From: a virus
Virus record (IMG/VR): IMGVR_UViG_3300005805_000050
Location: 58,087 to 122,086 of that record
DNA length: 64,000 nucleotides
Strand: one strand, 5' to 3'
The position numbers and the translations under genes were made by a program. Shown in pieces: positions 26,588 to 37,090 of the stretch; position 1 is the stretch's first letter; each line of letters begins with the position of its first letter. The notes beneath the pieces are model-generated. The model ran no database searches. It had not been told where the DNA came from and saw only the letters and a program-made list of their open reading frames with translations.

Positions 26588-28224
26588 AGAACGATTTGGA
26601 ATTTATCATATTGATAGCGAGCTATAACAATGAGCCATGGATAGAATACAATCTAGCTAGTGTACTCAATCAGACCTATACTAAGTATCAAGTGTATTAC
26701 ATAGATGATGCATCTATTGATAATACATATGAAATTGCCAAGAGCATTGTAGGCGATGATAGTAGATTTCATATGATCAAGAATGATCATAATATGGGAG
26801 GTACATATAATCACATTAGATACTTTGATTTAATAGAAGACGAACAAGTGTGCGTGCTCCTCGATGGGGACGATTGGTTCTTTGATGATAGTGTTTTAGA
26901 AAAGCTAAATCAGTATTATAAGGACAAAGATTACTGGATGACCTATGGAAAATTTTACGCATACGATGGCAACTCCGCGGTATTGGGCGCTCCTCAAAAC
27001 ACAGAATATCCTGGATTTGTACATGATCATAAGCTATACAGAATGGATCTGTGGAGAGCATCCCATTTGAGAACTTACAAAGGAAAATTATTGAAGGCAA
27101 TCGACAAGAAAGATTTCGTATCTATTCACGATAACAAGTTGTTTTGGCACGCTGGAGATTTGATGTTAGCATTTCCCTGTTTGGAGATGTGTCCAAAAGA
27201 TAAGATAGGCGTAGTAGATTTTCCCGCTTACGTTTACAACACATCAAATCAAAATGCAAAAAGAACACAAGAAAGAGAATCCTCAGATAACCAAAAATAC
27301 GAAACAGAGATTCGCAATAAGAAGAAGTATACAGAGGGATTATCAGGAAAAAAGAAGCCTCAAGTAAACGTTATAGGATATTTCCAGGAAACCAACTACA
27401 TACCTAAGAATTTTTCTTTCGTGTACGGATTAGATAGAGGGGAGTTTGACGTAACTATAATAAATGACGCTGAGTTGTTGCCGTATTTGCTTGGACAAAA
27501 ATCTTTTCCTAAGGGTAAGATAGTCGCTGATCTTCATGAAACTCGTCAATACAACGAATCGCAAAACAGAATATATGATTTGGTATATGATAATCACAAC
27601 CTATTCGATCTCATAATAACTCATGACGAAAAGCTATTGTCGTTACCTAATGCAGAACTTAGATTGTGCATGTGGAGATGTTTGAACAAAAACATACACA
27701 CGAGAGAGTGGCCCACACTCGCAGATAATTCCTTGTACGCACTATACGATAAGACAAAGAAAGTGTCCTGTGTATCGTCAAATAAGTCCTTCCTCCCAGG
27801 CCACAAAAAAAGATTAGAATTCGTAAATCACATCATCAATAGAGGCGGAGTTGATGTGTTTGGAATGGGGATAAATCCCATCGTAGGAAAAATTGATGCG
27901 TTAAGAGACTACAGATTTTCGGTAGCTATAGAGAATACTTTGGGTAATAACGAATGCACCGAAAAACTAAGTGATTGTTTCTTGACGGGCACTGTACCTA
28001 TATATTACGGATGTCCTAATGTTGGAAATTACTTTGACACATCAGCAATACTATCATTTAACACTATAGAAGAACTCAACGAAATTCTAAATCGGATAGA
28101 TACGGAAGGAGATAAGATGTATAGGGACATGTATAACGGCGTTAAGAACAATTTCAACCTTGTAGACATGTACTCGATAAACTCTGATCAATGGTTTGAA
28201 AAATACATAGCAAAAATTCTATAA
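26578..28224 (+). CDS. GT2 + GT10-like bifunctional glycosyltransferase
   Basis: N-terminal YIDDAS and LLDGDDW; C-terminal YRFSVAIEN, TEKLSDCFLTGTVPIYYG. Confidence 0.8.
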   Translation: MCMKNDLEFIILIASYNNEPWIEYNLASVLNQTYTKYQVYYIDDASIDNTYEIAKSIVGDDSRFHMIKNDHNMGGTYNHIRYFDLIEDEQVCVLLDGDDWFFDDSVLEKLNQYYKDKDYWMTYGKFYAYDGNSAVLGAPQNTEYPGFVHDHKLYRMDLWRASHLRTYKGKLLKAIDKKDFVSIHDNKLFWHAGDLMLAFPCLEMCPKDKIGVVDFPAYVYNTSNQNAKRTQERESSDNQKYETEIRNKKKYTEGLSGKKKPQVNVIGYFQETNYIPKNFSFVYGLDRGEFDVTIINDAELLPYLLGQKSFPKGKIVADLHETRQYNESQNRIYDLVYDNHNLFDLIITHDEKLLSLPNAELRLCMWRCLNKNIHTREWPTLADNSLYALYDKTKKVSCVSSNKSFLPGHKKRLEFVNHIINRGGVDVFGMGINPIVGKIDALRDYRFSVAIENTLGNNECTEKLSDCFLTGTVPIYYGCPNVGNYFDTSAILSFNTIEELNEILNRIDTEGDKMYRDMYNGVKNNFNLVDMYSINSDQWFEKYIAKIL

Positions 28225-28225
28225 C

Positions 28226-28642
28226 ATGGAAAAAATCTACAGCAAAATACAACCAGAAAAATTACTGCACGTCATAGTCAGAAAAACAGATCTAGTTCCA
28301 GGTAGGACCGATGTAGTATCAGAGGACAATTTCATACAGTGCGCCATATTGAACATGTCGAATGGCAAAACTTTCCGACCGCATAAGCACATATGGAAAG
28401 AAAGAACAAGAAATGTTATTGCACAAGAAAGTTGGATAGTAATACAGGGAAGAGTAAAGTGTATATTCTATGACATAGATGATAAAGTGATAAGCACGCC
28501 AACACTATTTCCTGGAGATGCATCATTTACTTTAGAGGGAGCACACACATACGAGATACTTGAGGATGAAACTCTTGTGTACGAGTATAAGACAGGTCCC
28601 TACGAAGGTCAAGCTTTGGATAAAGTATTTTTAGATGAGTGA
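28226..28642 (+). CDS. WbuC-like cupin
   Basis: FRPHKH, QESWIVIQG, GAHTY, EYKTGPY. Confidence 0.8.
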   Translation: MEKIYSKIQPEKLLHVIVRKTDLVPGRTDVVSEDNFIQCAILNMSNGKTFRPHKHIWKERTRNVIAQESWIVIQGRVKCIFYDIDDKVISTPTLFPGDASFTLEGAHTYEILEDETLVYEYKTGPYEGQALDKVFLDE

Positions 28643-29141
28643 TTTTTACATACATAAAGACGTAGAATTCAAAATAGATCCCATTATTGGGAATCACGTT
28701 GCAATTGATAAGGGCGTGTATGTCACTGTCAATTGTAAGATAGGTGATTATGTTCACATATCTCCATATGTTACAATAATCGGCGGAAAAACTGCCTACT
28801 TCGAATGTAAAGGATTCAATAACATAATGGCTGGAGCCAGAATAATTTGTGGATCTGATAGATTCGATGGCAGCGGATTATTTGGTGCAATGATTCCACA
28901 ACACCTAAAGGGCAAGCAAATAATAGAGCCAGTTGTAATGGAGAAATTCTCTAATGTAGGAACAAATGCCATAGTAATGCCTGGTTCTGTACTTAGAACG
29001 GGAGTTTTATTGGCCGCTGGTAGCTTGCTTATAGGAGATACAGAAGAGTGGGGAGTTTATAAAGGAAATCCTGCTAAGTTAGTTAAAAAAATATCTGAGG
29101 ACAAGATACTCGAAAACGCAAAACTTCTATATGAACTTTAA
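28635..29141 (+). CDS. hexapeptide-repeat (LbH) sugar acetyltransferase
   Basis: IGNHVAI, IGDYVHISP, VGTNAIVMPG, GNPAKLVK. Confidence 0.88.
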   Translation: MSDFYIHKDVEFKIDPIIGNHVAIDKGVYVTVNCKIGDYVHISPYVTIIGGKTAYFECKGFNNIMAGARIICGSDRFDGSGLFGAMIPQHLKGKQIIEPVVMEKFSNVGTNAIVMPGSVLRTGVLLAAGSLLIGDTEEWGVYKGNPAKLVKKISEDKILENAKLLYEL

Positions 29142-29721
29142 CACAGTCACAGTATTTGAAAATGAGATCGCAAAATTCTTTGGATCTAAATACGCCATAG
29201 CCACAGATAGTTGTACTCACGGTATAGAACTGTGTTTACGATACACTAAAGCCGAGAGCATAGTGTGTCCAAAGAGAACTTATCTATCTGTGCCGTTTCT
29301 ATCTCATAAGTTAGGAATAACACTAGCATGGAAAGATCAAGATTGGATGAACTACTATTACGTTACTCCTAGTGTCATCGACGCGGCTGTCTTATGGAAA
29401 AAAGACAGTTACTTACCTAACACGTATATGTGTATAAGTTTTCAATACCAAAAACACCTATCATTAGGCCGAGGAGGTATCATATTAACTGATAATGAAG
29501 AAGCAGCAATTCAATTGAAAAAGATGTCATACGATGGTAGAATACCAAATATTCCGTGGAGAGATCAAAACATTGACACGGTTGGATACCACTACTACAT
29601 GACACCAGAAACGGCTCAATTGGGATTAGACAAATTACAAGCTGCAATAAATACTAAGCCAAAACAGTGGGTACCCACCGACTGGCCTGATTTAACAACC
29701 ATGACTATATTTAAGCAATGA
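29131..29721 (+). CDS. short DegT/DnrJ-family aminotransferase
   Basis: ATDSCTHGIELCL, IDAA, SFQYQKHL..GRGG, GYHYYM. Confidence 0.8.
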   Translation: MNFNTVTVFENEIAKFFGSKYAIATDSCTHGIELCLRYTKAESIVCPKRTYLSVPFLSHKLGITLAWKDQDWMNYYYVTPSVIDAAVLWKKDSYLPNTYMCISFQYQKHLSLGRGGIILTDNEEAAIQLKKMSYDGRIPNIPWRDQNIDTVGYHYYMTPETAQLGLDKLQAAINTKPKQWVPTDWPDLTTMTIFKQ

Positions 29722-30689
29722 AAAAAGCCTTCATCACAGGAATAGCTGGCCAAGATGGCAGTTATTTAACAGAGTACTTATTGAATTTGGGATATGAAGT
29801 CTATGGCATCGTGAGAAGAAACTCAGTGCCGGAAAATCAACAGACTCGATTAGAGAGCGTGCGCGACAGAGTAAAAATCCACTATGGAGATCTCAGCGAC
29901 CAATCCAGCATAGAACATTTATTGGACAAGGTTCAACCTGACGAAATATACAACATAGCCGCTCAAAGCCACGTGCGAATAAGCTTCGATGTGCCTCAGT
30001 ACACGGCACAAATAAATGCGTTAGGCGTATTGAATGTATTAGAGGCGTATAGAAGATCGTGTCCCTCTGCAAGATTTTACCAAGCAAGCAGTTCAGAAAT
30101 GTTTGGATCTGCATGTGATTTAGACGGATACCAAAGAGAGACCACGCCTATGAATCCCGTATCGCCTTACGGTTGTTCAAAGGTGTTCGGTTACAATATA
30201 GTTAGAAACTATCGCAATGCGTATAAGCTTCATGCGTCCAACGGTATACTGTTTAACCATGAATCACCCCGTAGGGGATCTAACTTCGTTACGAATAAGG
30301 TCGTAAAAACTGCAGTGATGATAAGTCTTGGGTTAACTGATAAATTGGAGTTGGGTAATCTGGACTCATATAGAGATTGGGGACACAGCAAAGACTATGT
30401 ACGAGCAATGCACTTAATCATACAACAAGACGCGCCTGGCGATTATGTGGTAGCAACAGGAGAAACCAGATCGGTTAGAGATATGTGTAAGTATGTATTC
30501 TCAAAATTGGGTATGGATTACGAAAAGTATGTGGTGCAAAATCCCAGTTTTTTAAGGCCCGAAGAATTACCATACTTGAAAGGAGATTCGCAAAAGATAA
30601 GAACCACCCTCGGTTGGAAACCTGAGTATACCTTCGAAGCAATGATGGACGAAATGATAGAGTATTGGAAATCTGTGTATAGCAAATAA
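29718..30689 (+). CDS. gmd: GDP-mannose 4,6-dehydratase
   Basis: ITGIAGQDGSYL, AQSHVRISF, QASSSEMFG, SPYGCSK, NHESPRRG, RDWGHSKDYV. Confidence 0.95.
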   Translation: MKKAFITGIAGQDGSYLTEYLLNLGYEVYGIVRRNSVPENQQTRLESVRDRVKIHYGDLSDQSSIEHLLDKVQPDEIYNIAAQSHVRISFDVPQYTAQINALGVLNVLEAYRRSCPSARFYQASSSEMFGSACDLDGYQRETTPMNPVSPYGCSKVFGYNIVRNYRNAYKLHASNGILFNHESPRRGSNFVTNKVVKTAVMISLGLTDKLELGNLDSYRDWGHSKDYVRAMHLIIQQDAPGDYVVATGETRSVRDMCKYVFSKLGMDYEKYVVQNPSFLRPEELPYLKGDSQKIRTTLGWKPEYTFEAMMDEMIEYWKSVYSK

Positions 30690-30693
30690 ACGT

Positions 30694-31722
30694 ATGTTAA
30701 CAGTTAATATGTTCGATAGGGGTTGCGCTCACATGTTCAATGGACAATACATGGATCCGTATCAAACTCCGTCTAAACGTATTAACGAAAAGATAAAGTG
30801 GATAAAACACCCCACCAAAAATCAAGGCTTGGAAAAATGGGAAGGCATAACGGTAGTTGTAGACTCTTGGATACTGGAGGTGGGAGAAGATTTTTCCAGA
30901 AGCAATTTAATCAGTCGAGTAGATACGAAACACAAGATAGGAATACTCATAGAACCCATGTACACTCAAGCCTCGGAGTTAGAACACAATGTGTACATTA
31001 AAAATTTTGATGCTATAAAAAATCACTATGATTTCATACTCACATGGAATTCATACTTGTTGAAAAAATATCCTGATCATACTAGACTTTGTCCCGCTGC
31101 TTACACGTGGGTAAAAAAGGAAAACATAGGTGTTCATAAGAAGACTAAAAATGTGTCTATGATATATTCGTACAAACAAGCTTACGAAGGTCATCTGATT
31201 AGACACTCTGTCGCAGAACACTATCAAAAGAAATACGATAGTTGGTTCGATGATATTAGACACGACTCTGTGAAACATACAGGAATATCAATGCAATTTC
31301 CGGAAATCGATCTATACGGCACAGGGCAAAAAAATAGAGACGGCAGCATAAATTGGCAGAAGAGTCCTTACAGCAAACCCAATCAATTTTTACATGATAA
31401 AGAAGACGCATTGAAGGACTATCGTTTTTCTGTGGTCATAGAAAATGTAAACATCGACAACGGATTTACTGAAAAGTTTATAGACTGTTTGTTAACGGGC
31501 ACTGTACCCATTTATTGGGGAGTGGAGAATATAGGTGACTTCTTTGACATTAGAGGCATAGTGCAAGTTAAGAGCAAAGAAGATATAGTAAACGCAATTG
31601 ATAATTTGACTGAGGAAGATTACGTACGAATGTTGCCTTACGTCAAACTTAATTTTCAAGAGGCTATGAAATACGAGTACTTTGAAAATTCTGTCTACGA
31701 AAACATAAAACACCTGATATGA
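30694..31722 (+). CDS. GT10-like glycosyltransferase
   Basis: DYRFSVVIEN, FTEKFIDCLLTGTVPIYWG; paralogous to the C-terminus of 26578. Confidence 0.75.
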   Translation: MLTVNMFDRGCAHMFNGQYMDPYQTPSKRINEKIKWIKHPTKNQGLEKWEGITVVVDSWILEVGEDFSRSNLISRVDTKHKIGILIEPMYTQASELEHNVYIKNFDAIKNHYDFILTWNSYLLKKYPDHTRLCPAAYTWVKKENIGVHKKTKNVSMIYSYKQAYEGHLIRHSVAEHYQKKYDSWFDDIRHDSVKHTGISMQFPEIDLYGTGQKNRDGSINWQKSPYSKPNQFLHDKEDALKDYRFSVVIENVNIDNGFTEKFIDCLLTGTVPIYWGVENIGDFFDIRGIVQVKSKEDIVNAIDNLTEEDYVRMLPYVKLNFQEAMKYEYFENSVYENIKHLI

Positions 31723-32705
31723 AGATAGCATTTCTTACAGAGATGGGATTTAGAGGCAAGATACCTCACGATCACCCAAACATGAGGACTGAGTTTGCTT
31801 GGATGCATGCTATGGACGCAGAGCACAGAGATATAAGATACTACAAAGACCTACACGATTTTGATCACGTATTCATCATATTCCCTAAAGGGCGTTTATA
31901 CTTATCCGCAGAAGGAAGCAAGATAAAGAACGATCACAACCCAGTATCAGATTTGCTATCAGCAAACATAATAGATCATTTGAAATCTAGAAACAAGAGA
32001 GTTTATTACATACAAGAAGGTCCATCTTGGTGGTTCAATGATTACGAGATTTACGACCAGATTCACTTCTTCAACTTACTTACTCAAGTGGATGCCATAT
32101 TTTGTCACAATGAAAGCGACAAATCGTTTTATCAAGGTTTGGTAGGTACAAATAAAGTTCACGTGATGAGGTCACTGATGATAGATGACCAACTCAAATC
32201 TATACAGTCTAATATAGAAGATAAGTGCATAATAGGGGGAAACTTCTCTCGTTGGTACGGAGGTTTTCAAAGTTACATGGTAGCGCAGCACTTTGAATTA
32301 CCTATATGGGCTCAAACATCCCACTCAACGAGAGATTACGAAGATCAAATGGTGAATCACCTTCCTAGACTTCTGTGGAAAGATTGGATGCAAGCACTAA
32401 GTGGTTTCAAATTTGCAGTACACCTCATGCCAACAGTCGCAGCCGGAACATTCAGTTTGAATTGCGCCTATTTTGGTATACCATGCATAGGAAATGAGAG
32501 AGTAGACACACAAAAGATTTGCCACCCAGAATTATCTGTAGATGTCGAAGATGTCAAGAAAGCAAAAGACTTGGCCATAAAACTAAAGAGGGACCAATCA
32601 TTCTATAATCATTGTAGCAAACTAGCCACTCAAAATTACGAAAAATACTATCGCATAGATTTTTTTAAGTCAGAAATTTTTAGTATATTACAACAATATG
32701 AGTAA
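31719..32705 (+). CDS. putative GT-B glycosyltransferase
   Basis: MKIAF start, C-terminal GTFSLNCAYFGIPCIG resembling a GT-B donor-binding motif. Confidence 0.6.
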   Translation: MKIAFLTEMGFRGKIPHDHPNMRTEFAWMHAMDAEHRDIRYYKDLHDFDHVFIIFPKGRLYLSAEGSKIKNDHNPVSDLLSANIIDHLKSRNKRVYYIQEGPSWWFNDYEIYDQIHFFNLLTQVDAIFCHNESDKSFYQGLVGTNKVHVMRSLMIDDQLKSIQSNIEDKCIIGGNFSRWYGGFQSYMVAQHFELPIWAQTSHSTRDYEDQMVNHLPRLLWKDWMQALSGFKFAVHLMPTVAAGTFSLNCAYFGIPCIGNERVDTQKICHPELSVDVEDVKKAKDLAIKLKRDQSFYNHCSKLATQNYEKYYRIDFFKSEIFSILQQYE

Positions 32706-33558
32706 GGTATCTGTCTTTGGTGGATATGGGTTTATAGGAGGAAGGTACTCTGATATGTATTCCGATCAAGTGATAAGGATACACAGAGATCATCATGAAC
32801 CTTCTACTAAAGATATACTGTATTTTATAAGTACCATAGATAACTATCACATACACGACAACATTCACATAGACGTTGACACTAATTTGACTGTGTTATT
32901 GAATGTGTTAGATAACGTTAAGAAGAATTACACAGAGAAGGACAAACCAACCATAAATTTCATAAGCTCATGGTTTGTGTACGGCAAGAATAACAACATT
33001 CCATTTAGTGAGGACTCTTACTGCAATCCCACAGGTTTCTATTCCATCACGAAGAGATGCGCTGAACAGCTATTGATTTGTTTCTGTGAAACTTTTGGGT
33101 ATAACTATAGAATAATCAGATTAGCGAATGTCATAGGAGAAGGCGATACGAAGATCTCTAAAAAGAAAAACGCCCTACAATTCTTTGTAAAGGAGATAGT
33201 TCGTAATAGAGACGTAGATCTGTATTACGGAGGAGATGTGTATAGAGATTACATATACGTGGACGATGTGTGTAGAGCCATAAATCTAATCTTACAAAAG
33301 GGTGAATTGAACACCATATATAATATAGGAAGCGGAAAACCCTACAAATTCTTGGACATGATAAACTTCGCTATAGACTACGCGAAGTCCAAATCCAAAA
33401 TAAACGACATCCCAGCCACAAGATTTCACAATATAGTGCAAGTAAGGAATTCGTACTTAGACGTTCAAAAACTGAAATCTCTTGGATTTGAACCAAAGTA
33501 TGATATCAACTCAGCCATAATGCAATTAGTAGATTTTTACAAGAGAACAAACAAATGA
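32698..33558 (+). CDS. NAD-dependent sugar epimerase/dehydratase
   Basis: GGYGFIG, FISSWFVYG, YSITK, RDYIYVDD. Confidence 0.9.
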   Translation: MSKVSVFGGYGFIGGRYSDMYSDQVIRIHRDHHEPSTKDILYFISTIDNYHIHDNIHIDVDTNLTVLLNVLDNVKKNYTEKDKPTINFISSWFVYGKNNNIPFSEDSYCNPTGFYSITKRCAEQLLICFCETFGYNYRIIRLANVIGEGDTKISKKKNALQFFVKEIVRNRDVDLYYGGDVYRDYIYVDDVCRAINLILQKGELNTIYNIGSGKPYKFLDMINFAIDYAKSKSKINDIPATRFHNIVQVRNSYLDVQKLKSLGFEPKYDINSAIMQLVDFYKRTNK

Positions 33559-33562
33559 ACAC

Positions 33563-34525
33563 ATGAAAAAGATAGTATACGTAACTGGATGTTTTGGATT
33601 TATAGGATCCTACATAACTAGAGAGTGCCTTAAACTGGGATGGTATGTGATGGGAATAGACAAGTGCACGTACGCCTCGAACGAGGAACTAATATGGGAT
33701 CTCTCAGCTGAATATCCCGACACATTCTCTTTTATAAGAGAAGACATCAACGATCTTAAGTTTTTGTACGAGTGCGATTATATCATAAACACTGCCGCAG
33801 AAACCCACGTAGGTAATTCAATAGTCGACAGCAAAGAGTTCATGCATTCGAATGTACACGGCGTGTATAACTTACTTGAGCTCATAAAAAAGTATAGATT
33901 AGAGACAAGCAAAAAACCCGCGCTCTTACACCTCTCTACTGACGAAGTGTATGGAGATATAGAAGACGGATCTCATGCAGAGACAGACATGTTGAGACCT
34001 TCGAATCCTTATTCTGCCACTAAAGCCGCCGCAGACATGTTGATATTGGCTTGGGCAAGAACATACGATCTGCCGTATGTCATAGTTAGGCCAACAAATA
34101 ATTATGGAAAAGGCCAATACGTAGAGAAGTTAATACCAAAAACTTGTAAAATGTTACACTTAGGTAAAAGAATACCTCTACACAACAATGGCACCCCAAC
34201 AAGAAACTGGTTGCACGCATCAGACACCGCAGAAGCTGTGATAAAGATAATAGAGTCTGGCAAAACCAATGAGATATACAATATCTGCGGAGGATTTGAA
34301 CAAACCAATTATGACACTGTTAAGAAGATAATCCAAACTTACTATAAAGACGAAACAGTGGATGTCAATAACTACTTAGATCTGTCCTATAAGAGACCGG
34401 GTGTGGATGTGAGGTATGCATTGGACGATTCAAAGCTGAGATCTTTGGGTTGGGAACCCAAGAAAAAATTTGACGAAGAACTTTCAGAAATCGTTGATCA
34501 CTATAAAAATAATTTCATATGGTAA
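33563..34525 (+). CDS. rfbB: NDP-glucose 4,6-dehydratase (RmlB-like)
   Basis: TGCFGFIG, AAETHV, STDEVYG, YSATK, RPTNNYG, RNWLH. Confidence 0.88.
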   Translation: MKKIVYVTGCFGFIGSYITRECLKLGWYVMGIDKCTYASNEELIWDLSAEYPDTFSFIREDINDLKFLYECDYIINTAAETHVGNSIVDSKEFMHSNVHGVYNLLELIKKYRLETSKKPALLHLSTDEVYGDIEDGSHAETDMLRPSNPYSATKAAADMLILAWARTYDLPYVIVRPTNNYGKGQYVEKLIPKTCKMLHLGKRIPLHNNGTPTRNWLHASDTAEAVIKIIESGKTNEIYNICGGFEQTNYDTVKKIIQTYYKDETVDVNNYLDLSYKRPGVDVRYALDDSKLRSLGWEPKKKFDEELSEIVDHYKNNFIW

Positions 34526-35133
34526 CGCCTGAGTACTCCGTAGACTGGTTTAGTTTACACATTCCCAATTGGGACAAATTGTTTGATTACTACCAACTAA
34601 GAGGCAAAAATAACCTCAGATTCTTAGAGATAGGATGCTTTGAAGGCAGATCTACCAATTACCTTTTAGACAATATATTAACGGGGGAGGGATCTTCTAT
34701 AGATGTTGTAGATACTTTTGGAGGGTCTAGAGACGAGGCTGGTATGAATTGGGATATTGATTATGATTTCAATGCACTCTACAAAAAGTTTGTACATAAT
34801 ATATCAAATCACAAAGACAAGGTGCACATACACAAAGGACTGTCAGGAGACATACTTAAAAAGGATTTTGTACCTAATACGTTTGACTTCATTTATATAG
34901 ACGGATCACATACGGCGTACGATGTGTTACAAGACGCCGTACTTGCACATCCGCTATTAAAATCAGGAGGCATATTGATGTTTGACGATTTTGGCTGGAA
35001 AGACCCTAATAACCTGCATCCCACAAATAGTCCTGAAATGGGTATAACGTGCTTTTACAACGCGTATGAAATTTTCTACGAACCTATATTTCAAGGCTAT
35101 CAAATAGCACTTATTAAAAAACAGCAGTTATGA
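34519..35133 (+). CDS. class I SAM methyltransferase (Methyltransf_24-like)
   Basis: LEIGCFEGRS, DFIYIDGSH, GGILMFDD. Confidence 0.88.
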   Translation: MVTPEYSVDWFSLHIPNWDKLFDYYQLRGKNNLRFLEIGCFEGRSTNYLLDNILTGEGSSIDVVDTFGGSRDEAGMNWDIDYDFNALYKKFVHNISNHKDKVHIHKGLSGDILKKDFVPNTFDFIYIDGSHTAYDVLQDAVLAHPLLKSGGILMFDDFGWKDPNNLHPTNSPEMGITCFYNAYEIFYEPIFQGYQIALIKKQQL

Positions 35134-35756
35134 ATAAAGAAGATCTAATAAACTTCGAAGAGGAAATTGCCAAACTATTCAATGCGGGCAAAATAAAATC
35201 CCCTGTGCATCTTTATAGTGGAAATGAAGATCAGATCATAGATGTATTTCAAGCTATCGACATAGAAAATGATTGGGTCTGTGCAACTTGGAGAAATCAT
35301 TATCAAGCGTTATTAAAAGGAATTCCAAAAGATGTGATAAAAGATCACATCATTAGAGGAAAATCCATGGTTATGAATTTACCAGAATATAAATTTGTAT
35401 GCAGTTCTATAGTTGGAGGAATATTCTCTATAGCTACTGGAATTGCTTATTCTATAAAATTACAAAACAAGAAAGAGAGAGTTTGGTGTTGGGCTGGAGA
35501 TATGTCGGCAGAAACTGGAGCTTTTCATGAAGCTTACAAGTACAGTAAAAATCACAACTTGCCAATTATATTCGTTGTGGAAGATAACATGAAATCAGTA
35601 CTAACTCCCACTAATGAAATATGGAAAAGAGATACTCCCTACTACTTAGACAAAGAATACTCTAATGGAGTGGTAAGACAACCCCATCTATACTATTATC
35701 AATACAACAATCAAAAATATCCACACGCTGGAGCTGGGCAAAGAGTACAATTTTAA
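35130..35756 (+). CDS. ThDP-dependent dehydrogenase E1 alpha-like subunit
   Basis: PVHLYSG, TWRNH, SIVGG, GDMSAETG...EDN ThDP motif. Confidence 0.85.
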   Translation: MNKEDLINFEEEIAKLFNAGKIKSPVHLYSGNEDQIIDVFQAIDIENDWVCATWRNHYQALLKGIPKDVIKDHIIRGKSMVMNLPEYKFVCSSIVGGIFSIATGIAYSIKLQNKKERVWCWAGDMSAETGAFHEAYKYSKNHNLPIIFVVEDNMKSVLTPTNEIWKRDTPYYLDKEYSNGVVRQPHLYYYQYNNQKYPHAGAGQRVQF

Positions 35757-35759
35757 CAT

Positions 35760-36296
35760 ATGAGATACTTCGAAGAATTGAAACGGGCCATGACAATGTT
35801 ATCTGAAAATCCCAAAACGATTTTTATAGGACAAGCCGTAAAATATGCAGGAACAGGATTATACGACTCACTCTGCCACGTACCAGAAGAAAAAAGAATA
35901 GAATTGCCAGTAGCGGAATATCTGCAAGCTGGCCTAGCTAACGGGATGGCCATAGAAGGGTTAATACCCATATCAGTGTATCCCAGATGGAACTTTTTAT
36001 TGATGGGAACCGATCAAATCGTAAATCACCTTGATAAGTTTGATAGTGTGTCTGACGGTAAATGTAAACCTAAAGTTATAATTAGAGTTGCGGTTGGTAG
36101 TGAAAGACCCATAGATCCTCAGTGTCAACACAAAGGTAACTTCTCATCAGCATTCAAATCGATGTGCAAAAACATAAATATAGTGGAACTCATAAACGCA
36201 GAGGACGTAGTTAGAGAGTACGAATGGGCTTTGAATAGACCCGACGGAAAGAGCACTATATTAGTGGAATACGCAGATTACGCGAAAGAAAAATAA
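35760..36296 (+). CDS. ThDP-dependent E1 beta / transketolase pyrimidine-binding subunit
   Basis: FIGQAV, ELPVAE..QAGLANGMA, DQIVNH, QH. Confidence 0.85.
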   Translation: MRYFEELKRAMTMLSENPKTIFIGQAVKYAGTGLYDSLCHVPEEKRIELPVAEYLQAGLANGMAIEGLIPISVYPRWNFLLMGTDQIVNHLDKFDSVSDGKCKPKVIIRVAVGSERPIDPQCQHKGNFSSAFKSMCKNINIVELINAEDVVREYEWALNRPDGKSTILVEYADYAKEK

Positions 36297-36325
36297 ATCA
36301 CAATAATTTACACAAACTACAAATC

Positions 36326-37087
36326 ATGAAATACTACGAAAAATCAAAATCAATTCCGGAATTATACTGTCCGGAAAAAACACTTAGTGAACTTGCGAAT
36401 CATTATGAAACTGACAAAGGCACTGCGGATTCTAAAACTTTGACTTGGGGATATTCTCACTCTGGACATTTTACCTGGGGATATACTGAAGTGTACGAAA
36501 AGTATATGAAACATTTTAGAGACACTAAGGATCCTGTACAGTTTTTAGAAGTAGGCATTCTTGATGGTAGATTTCCTTTGGCTTCACCTAAAGTTTGGTT
36601 ATCATATTTCAAAAATCTAAATCTATACTGCATAGATAATTTTTGGGGCGCTCCTCCTAATGACGATATCGCAGCAGAAATATGTTCTCTAGGTGTCAAC
36701 TTTTTCTACGCAGATCAGGGATCTGAAGAACATTGGAATGAAATACAGAAACAAATTTCACAGCCGCTGGATTTTATAGTGGAAGACGGCAGTCATTGGC
36801 CTAATCACATGTTGTACACCTTGTGGAGAAGTATACCACTAATGAGGTCAGGAGGTTTCTATTTTATGGAAGATCTACAACATGAGACTACTCAAGGCGT
36901 GTATGGTTATAACAATCACGATTTGTATCACTCAATGTTGAAATTCAAATCGACAGGGGTTTTTGAATCACAAATACTATCTTATGATATATGCAAAGAC
37001 ATAGAGTCGGCTTTTACCGTTACAGATATCCATTTAGGCGGACCTTCACACAATATCACAGTGCTTTGTGCACTACAAAAAAAATAA
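36326..37087 (+). CDS. sugar O-methyltransferase-like (MycE/TylE-like)
   Basis: ETDKG, LEVG, DQGS, VEDGSH, GGFYFMEDL. Confidence 0.75.
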   Translation: MKYYEKSKSIPELYCPEKTLSELANHYETDKGTADSKTLTWGYSHSGHFTWGYTEVYEKYMKHFRDTKDPVQFLEVGILDGRFPLASPKVWLSYFKNLNLYCIDNFWGAPPNDDIAAEICSLGVNFFYADQGSEEHWNEIQKQISQPLDFIVEDGSHWPNHMLYTLWRSIPLMRSGGFYFMEDLQHETTQGVYGYNNHDLYHSMLKFKSTGVFESQILSYDICKDIESAFTVTDIHLGGPSHNITVLCALQKK

Positions 37088-37090
37088 CAT

